From positions 10,807,521-10,871,520 of the forward strand of contig CP154954.1 in the NCBI GenBank assembly GCA_039621445.1: a stretch of DNA of 64,000 nt, written 5' to 3'. This DNA comes from Euglena gracilis. Its lineage: Eukaryota. The notes beneath the pieces were generated by a model. It did not search any database. It was not told where the DNA came from and was given only the letters and a program-made list of their open reading frames with translations. Below are positions 23,946-36,700 of the stretch, in pieces (positions within the stretch are counted from its first letter, which is position 1; every line of letters starts with the position of its first letter). The position numbers and the translations under genes are program-made.

Positions 23946-26900
23946 CTCCGGCGCCTGAGGCACCGAGGGGCAACTTTCAGCCAATTTTGGCCGGCTGAAC
24001 CCCCCCCCCCCCGCCCCCCCTGTATCAGACACAACCACGGGGGGGGGGGGGTAAGAACGGTTGGGTTGGGGCAAGGATTTAGGTTCAAATATAGGCTGAA
24101 TTTATCCCTGATTGACGTGTCGCCCCGATTCCTAAGTTTGACTGAGCGGGACTGAGCAGTCCCAGAAACCCCGGGTGGTGGCTGTCGACAACCTCCAACC
24201 CCATTCTGGCAGTTGGAGGGGCGGTCCGATCACCCTTCGCCTCGCGCTTCAATTACCCCCCCCCCCCAACCCCCCGGTCGACCTTCCTTGCCTTGTCTTG
24301 CTGTCAGACCGCCCCGATTCCCCCTCCCCAGCCCACCACCCCACCCAGGGTGGGTGGGTGGGTGGGGGCCTCTCCCCCCTGGGGGTTGAAAATAAGCAAT
24401 CTTTCGGCCCCTGGTCGGATTTCGAGATTGGGGGGGGGGGGGCTGAAGCCACAAAAATTTCACAAAAACTTCGAATTTCCGTGCCAATGATGAGGGATTG
24501 AAGACATGTTTATTTTTTCCCCTGTGGACGAGAAATGCGCCGTATTGCGTTCCTCGTAGGGACCTGTCGACAACCAAGGTAATGAGCATGTCGCCATCCA
24601 CAGGTTTATCGACGAAAAGAGTTTAAATTTACGAATTGGTTTGAAATTACCTTTGTGTTATTTTGTATTTCCAATGGATTTTATTAATCTTTAAATTACC
24701 ATTAATTATTCTTTTTTCAAAATAAGTTTGCAGCCTTCACTCCCCCACTCCCCCCGAGGGGTTCCCACCAGTTTGACAGCCCAGGTTGCCCAGGCAAATT
24801 TCCCTCGAAAAATGCCATTATAAAAAGGGGGTCCTCAATCGAGGATGAAAATATAATCCAAAAAAATTCAATAAGATTTTCGTCTTTTTCAATGAAAGAA
24901 CTGACAAAAAAAATGTGAAAAAAATGGAAACAAAATCAGCCAGTACAGAACCATACTAAAATATAGGTGAGCGGGCACAGAAGACAGAGGTGGGGAGACT
25001 GGTACAATTGAAAACCATTGTTGTTACTTCCAATGAGGTTGCAGTTAGCAATATTTTCCGAAATATGATTTTGTTCATCGCGGGTTTAGACGACATTCCA
25101 ACCTGTTTCACACAGGCTGCAAATGCAAACAAAAATGCAAATGCAAAACGTGGGAAAAAGTCATCACCTCAAGCGGTCTGCAGCTCTGAGAGAAATGAGT
25201 CTTGGTGGGGGGGGATTCCTTCGAGGCCAGGGCCCTGGCCGGCTGCGACGTGCAGCGTCACGACGTGTGCGTCGGCGGCCACAGCCAGCGGGGAGTGGCG
25301 GAAGCCGACTGCCTCCAGGCGGATTTCCTGTTGTCCCCGGGGGCCACCCAGCCTTCTTGTTGAAACCGACCCAGGGTTCCACGCTTTTGTTCTTCTGTCC
25401 GAAATCTGGAATGTGCTAATGTTTTCTGCCACTTTGAGGATGACACAAAATGGAAAAAAATGCAACTTTAAACTTTAATAAAAAACACAAAAATAATAAT
25501 TTAATAAATTTAATAATATTTCAAATTTATTCAAATAATAATAATAAATTGAAAACCAATTTAAATAATAATTTAAGAAAAAACTTTAAAACTTTAAAAA
25601 ACAGAGGAATCTGAAAGGGAATGGCGGCACAAAAGAGGCACTCCGAGTTGTTTGGGACCCTGGGTGCCGACAGCAGATATCAGGGATGCTGCAGTCCACC
25701 CTGAAACAAGCCGTGCCCGACAGAATTCTCCGTTGAAGAAACCCAGTGCTGGGGACATGGACAAGTTGGTTGGCCATGCATCTCTCTGTTGAGATCTGGA
25801 CCCCGTCAGCGCCGAGCCCATGGACGCCAACCCCCTATGCCTACGAAAGGCAGAGGACGTTCCCCCCTGGCCTTCAGCAAAGCAGCCTGGTCCCAAGCTT
25901 TGCAGCCGTCTCTGCAGTTAGAGACCTGGGCAGAGACCGGAATGCAGAATGCAGCCAGCTGTGAGCTGTGAAATCCGAAGGAGCGAGGTCCCGCCTCGGC
26001 CATCCTCGCAGATCTTCCATTCAGGAACTAAAACCAGCCCCCCCCACCCCCCAATGCCAAGGAGGATTGTGGACAAGGCATTTGCCGATTTGGCGACCAT
26101 GGGGAGAGCTCACGAGCAACCTGACGCAATGTCACCCACACAAGTTGTTTTGAGACCTGGGTTGATATCATCTTGACAAATCAAAAGCCCCAAGGTATGC
26201 TGATATTTTCCAAAAAAAATAACTATCAGTTTCCAGTGATGGGCTGTCACCGACGCCTTGTCACCGACATCTTGTCACTGACGTCTTCTCACCGACGTCT
26301 TCTCACCGACGTCTTGACCACCAACGTCTTTTCACCGACGTCTTCATAGATTCACTTAGTCGTTTCCCGGGGGGGCACTTTTTTCCTGGGACCCCAACCC
26401 ACCCACCCACTCTTGGAAACACCCCCAGGGGAGGCTTTAAAATGAATCTACAATTGCGAACCCTTATGCCAAGACCTGATGGCGACAATTTCGCATGGGG
26501 CTGCTTCTTTGCTCTTGTTTGGGCAAAAAAATTCAGGAAGGGGGGACTGTTGTTGGAGGCTGTCAAAAATGTGAAAATTGGGGGAAGATTGGGAAAATTG
26601 ACATTGGTTTTGGGCTTTACTCCAAATGTGGCGGGAAGCAATGGCACTGAAGGAAGAATTTCATTATAGAAATACCTTTCATTGGTTAAACAAATCTATC
26701 AGCAAAATATACACAGAACCTTCCACTGAAGAGCTCAGCAATTAATGAATATAACTGATTGCAACTTCTCAAGCCAATGCGGTGGAAGAGAAATGAAGGG
26801 GACAAAGCAAAAGGTGAAGAAAGATTGTGGAAATTTGAAAAACTTGCAGATCTCCCCCCACAAACACATTCACGTGCATATGTGCTGCTGAGATGGAGCA

Positions 26901-29900
26901 AACAAAACACACACACACACACACACACGCACACACACACACGCACGCACACACACACACGCACGCACGCACACACACACAGACACACACACACACACGC
27001 GCGCGCGCGCACACACACACACACACCGGCCCCAACAGATGACGTTCATCTGCATCAAGAACAGAGCTCTTTAGATTTTGAAAGGTTTGAATAGCTCCTG
27101 TTGACCCTCTTGCCCCCTGCCCCCCCATGGTTTATCAAATCAAAAATGGGGTCCTCCAGTCGGTTGGTGGATCTTTGGACAATCGGTTGGTGGATCTTTG
27201 GACAATATATTTTTATCTCAAGAAATCTCAAAAAAAGCGTTTAAAAAAGGGAATTTTTGCGGGAAGATGAAAGAAGAGAGTGAGTAAGAACAATTTCAAC
27301 TGTTTTGACACACAGACACATGGGTAATTTTTCATTTCAAATAATTCACATATTTTAGAAGAGGTTTCTTTTTGAGCCAGCCAGTGAAACTCGGGTCTAA
27401 TTTCTATGCATATTGGCGCACAATCTTAAAGTTTGACCGGGCGTCAACGATTGGCAGAAGCCATTCACCAACTCAGAAAATCAGCTGGGAATCCTAATGG
27501 TTTCACATTTCAGTTTCACAACCACCTTCGGGGAAAATGGCATGTGGTAAAATGCCAAGGAACATTGGATGTTTCAGGACATCACCTGTTATGTTGCAAA
27601 TTCAACAACCTTTACAAGCGACACGCAGCGGTCCAAGACTTCCTCACCTCCTTGGCTCAACGTGCCGGATTCCAAGCCATGGAAAATGGCATTCCCACCA
27701 GACCAACCAAGAGATATATTGAAAGACAGCGATAAGCACCAAAAAAAGTGAGATGACTAGGCAAATTTTTACCAAAATATAATTGGGATTTTTCAAACTA
27801 CCCCCTCCCCAGTGTGGAACACCCATTCATATGAAACTGTCGACCTCAAAAAAAAGAAAAGGTATTTTTGGGCCGGCAAATACTGGAACAAATAAAATTC
27901 CACCGTCACCACATTCTATGAGCCGGGGTTTGGGCACCACCGAAAAAAATCAGGGTGTACAAACAATTGCTGTCCTTGCTGTGAAATGTGAGTTCAAAAA
28001 ACAAACAATTATCCCCTGATGTGATTCTGTGTCTGTGCGCACGCAGGGCGCACGCTGGGAGTGATTGGAAGTGGAAACATCGCCCAAGCCGTGATCCGCA
28101 TCGCGCTTGGAGGCAGGGTTTTTTGTGACGTTGGTGATGTTGCCATTCACACATTAGTGCACACTGGCACGTCCCCGCCCCAGCCCCTGTGGTGCAATGC
28201 GCTGCGCAAAGTTGAGGGCAGTCTGACAACGAGAGCAGCAGAAAATATATGCCCATGGGGTGCCCAACAACCCACGAAATTAAGAGTGCACAAATAATGA
28301 AAAATGACGTCACATAAAAAACTTCTCTGCCTCATTCAGATACCCGCCGCCCCCCCGGCAATTGTCGCGCGACAAATCGGGCAGCACACAGGGGGGGGGG
28401 TGACAATTGCCCGGGGGCGTCAATTGCCCAGGGGTGTCAATTGCCCACCCATGTAAAAACCAAATAACCAAAAAAAAAACATCTAAAACACAAATGAACG
28501 CGCAAAAATGCAGCTATGGTTGTGATATTTTGCAGAACATTTGGTATGCGAAAGTTCTCAGCACGTTGTAGCAAAATAGAAGATCAATCGAGTTATGTCG
28601 GCGAAAAGAAAATTCACAGACATCTTCTGCGGGAGGGTGACAAATTGGGCAGCACAGAGGGGGGTGACAATTTCCCGGAGTGACAAATTGGCGGGCACAG
28701 CCAGGGGTGACAATTGCCCGGGGCGTCAATTGCCTGGGGGCGTCAATTGCCCGGGGGGGGGGGGTATGATAATGTACGAATGCAATACAAGAGTATTCAA
28801 GTACAGAATGACTGGCTTCACCAAATCCGAAATCGTCGAACAGAAGAAAACTTAAAAAAACCTAAAATGAACCAAAAAAAATTGGCCGGATGTTTTGTTG
28901 TTTTCTCTATTTCAAACTTAAGCAAATTTGAAATCAAAACAAATTGGCACAAAAAAGTTTAAAAATATAAGCACAATGCCCTTCGTCATTTTTTGAGAGC
29001 AAACAATAGGACGTATGACCAAAATATGCTCCGATGTCATCCATTGTTACCACCCGGTTAGAAAAAAATATTATTCATCGCGGGGGAATTTTGCGATAAC
29101 CGACAAACCAGCAATCACACACACTGACCTGTCATCCCGGCGCACCCCCGGACTGCACACCTGCCAGGCCGAGGGCGGCGGAGTGCTTTGCCTTGGCCCA
29201 CCGCCCCTGCCGGCTGTCGGTGACGTTTTCGACGATCCGGCGGCAGGGTTCGCGTTCAAGCAGGGGAGATGGAGTGGGGTGGGGGGCACCCCACACCTAA
29301 ACAGCGGCATCGTCAAAAGGATCCATTTGGTGTTCGGCATTTTGTTTAAAAGTGCTTTGAAAGAAGGATGGGTTTTGGTGCAAAATTTCGGGGTCCCATG
29401 AATCGCCCTCCTCCCGAGTCCAGACCAGGCATTTTTTTTAAGGCGCCTTAAAACACCATAAAAATTTTTTCGAGCAAAAAGAAATAACAAAATATGGCAA
29501 AAACAAGCCAACTCGGGGGGAGATGATTTTTGGCTTCGCTGAAGCATTGTCTATCAACCGAAAAAAAAAATTGTTGCTGTTCTGAACTTTTTGATTTTCA
29601 ACCTGAACCAACTTTGGTTCGATGCCAGCATGGTTTTTTGAGTGCTCTTGGAAAAATAGACACCTTAAAAATACTCAAAAGTTCTCAAAATTGCGTTAAA
29701 AAAGTGTTTTTTAAGTTTTTGAAAACCTTAAAAAACGCTTGGAAAACTTTAAAACTTTTTGAAAAAAATTCGCCCTAAAAATGCCTGGTCCAGACCCTCC
29801 ACAGTGAAGAGCCGATACTTTAGAAAACCCTGTCCGGCGGTCAAGAGCGATCATGAGGCCGATTGTGAGCTCCGCCACCGCTGGAAATGACGGAAAAAAA

Positions 29901-32340
29901 AAAAAAAAAAAAACTAAAAACAAAAAAAAAAAACAAAAACACAAGAGCCACCAACCAACTATAAGCAAAGACCACAGGAAAGTTTGTCGTCCCACCGGGG
30001 TTGACAACCTTTTCGGGAAGCAACCCGTGGTTCATCCAACCCGGGATGCTGCCACCTGATTGCGCTTGCTGCAGCAGAATGCAGCGGCCAAAATCCCCTC
30101 CCTGATTTCTGTCATCCAATGATGACCATCGTCAGCCTGGGCGGTCCTTAAATAAAAAAATTCCTGTTCCAGCACATCAGCAGGTCCTTAAATAAACAAT
30201 CCTGTCTTTTTATGACCGCCTTGTTGTCGGGCCTTGTCCTCGAGATCGTGTGGGCCTGATACCCCCCCCCCCCCCGGGAAACTGTCATGCCTGAGAACCC
30301 GTCCGGGTCCTTGCCGGAAAACTGTCAGGGTCCCTATTGCAGGCCAACCTGTGAGTAGGAAGTTGTCAGGGAGCCCGGTACTGCCAACCTGCCAGGGTCA
30401 TTTTTTCTTTTACTTTCGCTTGAAATGCCCTCCAGGGGAACTGTCAGGGTCCCGCCCGGGAATCCATCAGGGTCTCTGGTTCCGGCCTACTTGTCATTAT
30501 ATGAAATTTCAGGGTCATTGTCAGGGTCCCGGTGACAGTTTTTCGGGGGGGGGGTAGGAATGTCAAGTTGCAAGTTTCAAGAAACCCAACTCAACATGCA
30601 AATGTCATTGTGTCATAAAAAATAAAATAATAAAATAAGCAAATGAGCTACCTTGTTCAAGGGATCAAAGCTTCGAGAAAAAGAACCACGAGGGTCACCG
30701 AGGCAAACGCACACACCGGTGGCGTTCATTCCGGGGCAATTGCAGACGTGGATTCCCCGCTGAGCAGCATGGGCGACGTCGACGTTGTCCACTCCCGCCC
30801 CTGTGGCCACCCCGCACCAAATCATATCTCAAAACAAGGAAGCCATGTGTGGATTTTGGAAAAACATCACCAAGAAAGGCAATTGAACTTCACCAAAAAT
30901 ACCATTCAGTTCAAAAATGCAAAACGCACCCGCAATAACCTTCAAGAGGCACCGCACCAGCTATACAATGCACAATTGGACACAGCAGCACACACACACA
31001 CACACACCAGGCGGGGTGTCTTGTTCCATATGTGGTGTCTCTCCATAGCAGGCACACCTTCCCGGGGGGGTTAGACCAGGCCACTTTTTAAGACGCCGGG
31101 GGGGGGGGGAGGGGGTCCCCTGGCGCGGGATTGGATTCCCCCCCTAGGGGGGGGGGAATCCAAAAAATCGGGCCGTGTGAGGGCATTCCCCAAACCCCCC
31201 GGGACCTTCCCCCGGGGGGGGGGGGGGTCCAGACCCGGACCTACCCCCCCCCCCCAGGGGGTCTTCTGACTTGAAAAGAAGTTTGGGTTGGACCCTGGTG
31301 CCTGCCGACCAAGCCAAATTTCCCTTGAAAATAGCCATTTTTCAGCCACAGCGCCTTCGGCTCTGGGGTGTGCTGTGGCACCACCCACCCCAAAACCCAA
31401 CCTCCGGGGAAGTCAAAAAATGACCGACCCTTCTGCCTGCCCATAGCACCCACCCCCCAGAGGTGCGCACTTCCGCTTAAAGAAGCCTGACAACCACCCC
31501 CACCCACCCACCCACCCACCCACCCACACACACAGAGGCACATAACACACACACATAGCACACCCACACCTACTCACGTTCCCACCCACACACCCACACA
31601 CCAGCCCGCAGAATGAGCTGCAATGATGGGCAGGCGTCCATCATGGCTGCAGTGACCTTTGTGGACCTTACGACCTGCCACAAGGCGGGAAAAAGAGTCA
31701 AGGAACAACTTCTGAGTCTCAATCAGAGGTTTTTTCAGCACCCGGGGGAGGGAGGGTCCGGACACACGTACCCACCCTCTGGGGGGGGAGATCCACTTTT
31801 GGGAGTCAATTTTGGGTCCAAATTTTTTTTTGGTGCTTCATGCGGAAAATAGAAGAAAACCTCGCCTCTGGCGGGGTACCCACACAGCCCGACACCCCTG
31901 CCCGGAGGGGGGGGGGGCTCGGCCCACCCCCCAGGTCACGAACTAAAAAAATATCTGGTCTCAGTGCCTCACCTTGACACAATGGAATCGGATTGCCTGA
32001 AAAATTCAACCACGTTGCACACGGATGTGACCATTGTTGCTGTCAGTCTCGTTGCATCCTCTGGGCGACACCACGCAGGTCGTCCACCCACTGAGTGTGA
32101 GGTTTCGAGGCAAAAAACAAAAACGTGCCTGATTTACGGGCCTGTTGTATGAAAATGGCAACTGTGGCCGGGGGCACACCAGGACGGCCGGCTGGTGCGT
32201 CGCCAGCGCGGCCCGGAGCTCCGCGCCGCCTCCCGCGAGCCCCACCGCGGCGCACCGCACGTCCCGCAGCGCGGCGAGCCCGCAGGGGGCGAGTGGGTCC
32301 GCCAGCAACACCGTGGGCCGGGCCGGGGGTGGCCCGGTGC
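21224..32340 (-). CDS. D-isomer-specific 2-hydroxyacid dehydrogenase, D-3-phosphoglycerate dehydrogenase (SerA)-like, no ACT domain; multi-exon, N-terminus unresolved, one exon inverted
   Basis: Exons (-): 32340-32180, 31674-31602, 30800-30717, 29880-29836, 29238-29161, [28047-28110 on +], 27056-27027, 25840-25802, (25668-25666?), 25310-~25245, ~23801-23656, 22451-22332, 21303-21224. Motifs: [91 protein letters not shown] (catalytic R, E and H present). Confidence 0.92.
22554..22803. mobile_element. TA-flanked MITE with poly-C/poly-G TIRs
   Basis: ta-cccgccccctcgtccgac ... gtcgaacgacagg(g)n-ta. Confidence 0.6.
26245..26345. repeat. 14-bp tandem repeat (tcaccgacgtcttc-like)
   Basis: Several degenerate copies directly visible. 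Confidence 0.85.
27537..27695 (+). mobile_element. Fragment of a restriction-like-endonuclease (CRE/R2-group) non-LTR retrotransposon C-terminus
   Basis: [41 protein letters not shown]: zinc-knuckle-like C..H..C followed by the RH motif. Confidence 0.65.
28047..28110 (+). CDS. Inverted exon of the dehydrogenase gene encoding the NAD-binding GxGxxA loop
   Basis: cgcacgcag|gg cgc acg ctg gga gtg att gga agt gga aac atc gcc ... ctt gg|aggcaggg = (G)[21 protein letters not shown]. 64 nt, phase 1 in and phase 2 out, matching the - strand neighbours exactly. Confidence 0.9.
28343..28764. mobile_element. TA-flanked MITE (caattgccc subterminal repeats)
   Basis: ta-cccgccgccccccggcaattgtcgc ... gcgtcaattgcccg(g)n-ta. 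Confidence 0.7.
29239..29835 (-). other. Nonconventional intron
   Basis: Starts gga-cagggtt and ends aaccctg-ccgcc; 8-nt junction direct repeat ccgccgga; join DR-R-IVEN. Confidence 0.85.
30262..30554. mobile_element. TA-flanked MITE (gggaaactgtca family; related pieces near 47700-47810 and 48715-48862)
   Basis: ta-(c)n gggaaactgtca ... tgacagttttt c(g)n-ta. Confidence 0.7.
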
Positions 32341-32471
32341 CTGCAGCGGGAAGACACCTGAACCCCCATCCATTGGAAGGAGTTTGGGCGGCTGGCTAAC
32401 CCCCCATGAGGGTCCCCCGGCTGGAACTGGGCCCCACCAGGGGTCAAAGGTGCCAAAAAAAAAAAACTGCC

Positions 32472-32525
<54 letters not shown>
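32472..32525. repeat. (AAT)n microsatellite
   Basis: Directly visible. Confidence 0.95.
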
Positions 32526-32527
<2 letters not shown>

Positions 32528-33286
32528 TATTCTGCCCCAAATCTGCCCTGGCCAGCCCTTTTCCGACCCATTTTTGACCCATTTTAGTACCCCTGGAAGT
32601 GAAAAATGTGTAACCATCCAGCCGTCCTCCGCGCGGCTCGAAATAAATAAAACTCGTTGGGGGGTCCTGGCTGGAAAAAGGCTGCTGCTTGCCCCCCCCC
32701 CGGTCAAAATTCTCTTAAGCTGAACGCCCTGAACATGACTTAGTACAAGGCTAGGTAACGACTTCCCAAGGTGATGGTGACAACCCCACAAATTTCTACC
32801 CAAATAAATCAAACAAATTTTTTTGACGACAAAAACAGATTAAATTTTTTATGTATATGTTGTGAATTTAGTTGTGTGTGCCAAATTTCTGCGAAAATGA
32901 CAAAAAATCTGTCAAATTTGTGAAAATTGTGTGCCCAATGTTTTCTCGACACGACAAGCAGGCACAGTCCTAGCTGACCACATCCCAAATGAGAAATCAG
33001 CCAGCATCGCCTGGGTCGTGGAATAATTTAGTGTGGGGTGTGTGCACTTTTTCCAGCCCAAACCCACTTTCTTGGAAAAGACTCACCCACCCAGCCAGCC
33101 AGCAGTCCATCCAAAATTGACCGAAAACTCTTGAACAACATTTTCAAGGGATTTCAGCCTTTTGGCCCAGCCAGACTGGACCTTGGCGCAGCCCCCTCCC
33201 CCAGGGGGTCCAGCAGCCCCAACAAACTCTTGAAACCCCCCGGATCACAAGGTGTTAAATGAATCTATCAAGTTTATGGCCTGAGT

Positions 33287-33428
33287 GATGATATGGAGAT
33301 ATCCGGAATTCATTTACTCGTCATCTATGCACACACCTACACCCACCGCACACTGCAATGATATGGAGATATCCGGAATTCATTTACTCGTCATCCATGC
33401 ACACACCTACACCCACTGCACACTGCAT
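33287..33428. repeat. ~70-bp tandem duplication
   Basis: atgatatggagatatccggaattcatttactcgtcatc...gcacactgca occurs twice head-to-tail. Confidence 0.9.
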
Positions 33429-33747
33429 AAAACTCTGAAATATATTTTAAAAATATAAATTATTCTGAAACTATTGGTGCTCAGGGTGCAATGCAAATGT
33501 CAATCATTTCAGAAAAGCGCATTGCAACACAAGCACACCTGCCAATGCAGCCAGTGGCCAACTTGTGCAAGCCTCGGTGGGTGGTGTGTGGTACCATACA
33601 TGAGCTGGCGCCTGCTGTGGACGGGATTAAATATAAAAACAAATATCACAACAATTTTATGGCAATGAGAACATTAAAAGACAATAACGACTGAGACGAG
33701 TCAAAAAACCCAAGCAGGAATGCCGTTGTGAGTGAATTCACATGTAT

Positions 33748-36700
33748 CTTAGGCGGCCGAATTCGCACTTAAGGGGTTTCCCTTTAGAATTTGCGCATTT
33801 GCGCAAATGCGTAAATTTTACGAAATTCCTGGACCCTGTACCCTGACACACGGAACACAATTTATGAACCATTACAACCCTCTATTGGAGGGGATTAACT
33901 CCCAGTGGTTTGGTGTAAATGCTGCTCACCAAGTGATGTGAATAGGGCGGAGGGTGAGATTGGTGCTCAGGAATGTCAAACAGAGCGCACACCAACACGC
34001 ACATCACGTTTTAAAACCTTGTAGGGTCATGGTCCTCATAGGTGTCTTTTAACATAGAAAGTAAAATACATGCTGGTGGGCGCATTTGCGCAAATAAACA
34101 TAAACATGTTGGTGTGCGCATTTGCGCAAATGCGCACACCACCAATTTAGTTTATTTGCGCATTTGCGCATTTGCGCCCACCAACACGTCATTTTATCAT
34201 CATCGGTTTACGTTTTATTTGCGCAAATGCGCCCACAAACACAATTGTTTTTATTTGCGCAAATGCGCCAATAAACACACATCAGTTGCGTGATGGCTGG
34301 CTGGCTGACGTAGTCTGTGTTGTGTGATGTAATGAGGCTCCGTGTGTTCATCGGCGGCGGCATTATCACAATCAGTTCAGCCAGCATTTCAGCATCATTT
34401 TCAAGTGTCGTAACAAGGGGTGTGTGCCTCTCTTCATTTGCATCCGCATTTGCACAAATAAACACAATTACGTTTGTGCGCGCATTTGCGCAAATGCGCA
34501 AATAAACATTTAATAAACCGCTTCAAAATGATGTGTTTCAGCGAGCCTTAACACACACAAACAAAGTTGTGCTTATTTGGGCAAATGCGCAAATAAACAA
34601 ACATCAGCTGTGTGGTGCCATCTCCTCCTCCGTGACGGCTGGCGAATGCATTTCCTCACGCCAACCATTGATTTGCACCACGATTACGTGGTGATGAAAT
34701 TTGTGGTGAGAGGCAGTGTGTAATGCTCACTGGAACATGGCATGTGACTGGCCAAAATTTGGCTGTCTTGTGTGTGCACATTTGCACTGCTGTTACCCGG
34801 CCCGAACGGCCTGTTGTTTTGGCGGCATCCGTTTGGCAGTTAAACGTCATGAATTGATGGCGTGCAAACCACCTGTGACTGTTGGACACCTTTTCTGCAA
34901 CAGTGCTGCGTTTCAAGAAGACAAAATTTGGCACCTGAAATACCCGGGATGCATCGGGCCGGAGTCCCTTTTCTTGATTTCTCCACCATTTTTCCCTTTG
35001 AAAAACGTAAAACACACCAGATTTTGTGCATAATTTGGGGGGGGAGTGAATCCCACCGCTTTGATGCCACCAGTCCAGTGGTAAAGGTTCAACAATTCCT
35101 TGCACCCAAAGTAACGGGTGTTTGAGGGCTACCTTTTTCTCCGGCTGTTGGTTGTCATGAACTAGCTCCACGTCGTCCCCCCAGTCTCACACCCCGGTTG
35201 CGAGATATAACGTGGCCGCTAAAGCTGGGTGTTGTTGCACCGGGGAGGTTTGGTGGGTGCTGAAGCACCAGCACCTGATGTGGCTGCAACAGCGGAGCCG
35301 AGGCCGCAGGCCAGTGGCAGAGCCCTTGGGACCTAAAAATTGGTGCCGGTGGACGTGTACCGTTACTGGGTGGCCTGGGTGGCTGCGCACCCACCTTCAG
35401 GACATCCTTTGCCTCAACCTTTCCTGGGACCTGTCAATGGCCCAAAAACGGCACCATAACACAATGTGCCGGAGGAGACGGTGTGGTCATTTGCTTTCCA
35501 ATTCAGAAGCCACTAAGGGTAGCAGAAGGAGGACCAAATGAGTCGCTTTTTACTCCTCCATTGGTTTGTGCGAGTTACAATGAAAAAAGGGGAAAAGGAA
35601 AATGCAAAACATGGATTGGGAGGACGTTGAAATTTTTTGTGGCGAATGCATCCATGATTGGGTGATTGTGGGGAGGCCTGTTGAGAGGAAACAGGGGGCC
35701 TGGGCGTGCACAAATAAGTGTGCAAGAATGGGGAAGTTAAGAAGAATCAGAAAAGAGATTCTGGAGGGGAGTTTGGAAAAAAAGGCGTAAAACACAAAAT
35801 GTGCATAATTTGGGGGGTAGGTAAGTGAATTGTAAGGTGGGCAGTAAAAAGGAGGAGGGAGATTGGAGATGAGTGTCGGAAGGGGGTGTTGCACCGGGTG
35901 TGTGGGGATTTGGGGGTGGAAGCACCAGCACCTGATGTGGGCAACAGCGAGGGAGAGCCAGTGGCAGAGCCCTTGGGACCTAAAAAATTGGGGGAGGAGA
36001 GGAATTTGCCGTTACCTTTGACCCTTTGCCTCAACCTTTCCTCTGTTGGCCCAAAAACGGCAATAATGTGCTCATTTGATTTCCTTTTGTTAATTACAGC
36101 CACTTTTTAGCACCCCCTCTTTTTTTTTTTTTTTTTTTTTTTTCTTTTCATTTGCGCATTTTGCGCTAAACATACTTTTTTTTCATGCGCGCTAAGCTGC
36201 TGCTTTTTGTCTTTTTTTCCGTCGCACTCTTCTTTTTTTTTTTTTCGATTTGCAAAACATTTTTTCTTCAATTTTTTTTATCTTTTTTTTCTCTTTTCCA
36301 TTTGCTCGACAGTGTGACAAACTTTATGATCTCTTTTTATGCGTTTACTTTTATTTTTATTTTCCTTCTCTTCTCTTTGTTTCTTTTTTTTTTGCGCTTC
36401 ATACCGCTCCATCTTGTTTCTTCTTTTTTTTTTTGTTCTCTTGTCCCTCAAGCTTGTATTCTTTCACATTTTTTTTCGCTACCTTCCACCGCTTGGTCCA
36501 ACACGTCTTTTTTACAGTCATCAGCAAGGTTCTTAAAGGCACAGTTCCTTTGCTTTTTTTTTTCTTTTTCTTCCCCCCCGTTCGGTCCAGCCCCCCCTCC
36601 AAAGTCCCCTCACCGCCAACGTCATCCCCTTCTCGCCCGCAAAAAATTCCCGCAAGTGACCCACCATTACCCGCTAGTGCTGAACTGCCCATAGCCCAAA

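Noticed and set aside
23802-25245. Exact boundaries of the intron between VTLHV and PNTET
   Set aside because: The ends are complementary, but no placement satisfied both frame and the usual stem geometry; left approximate.
27050-27052. AG acceptor directly before MNVICWGR
   Set aside because: Phase 0 does not fit the phase-2 end of the inverted exon and no matching GT donor is present; the nonconventional end at 27057 fits.
27159-27204. 23-bp tandem duplication as the left breakpoint of the exon inversion
   Set aside because: No matching inverted copy found on the right side; similar small duplications occur elsewhere, so the breakpoint remains unlocated.
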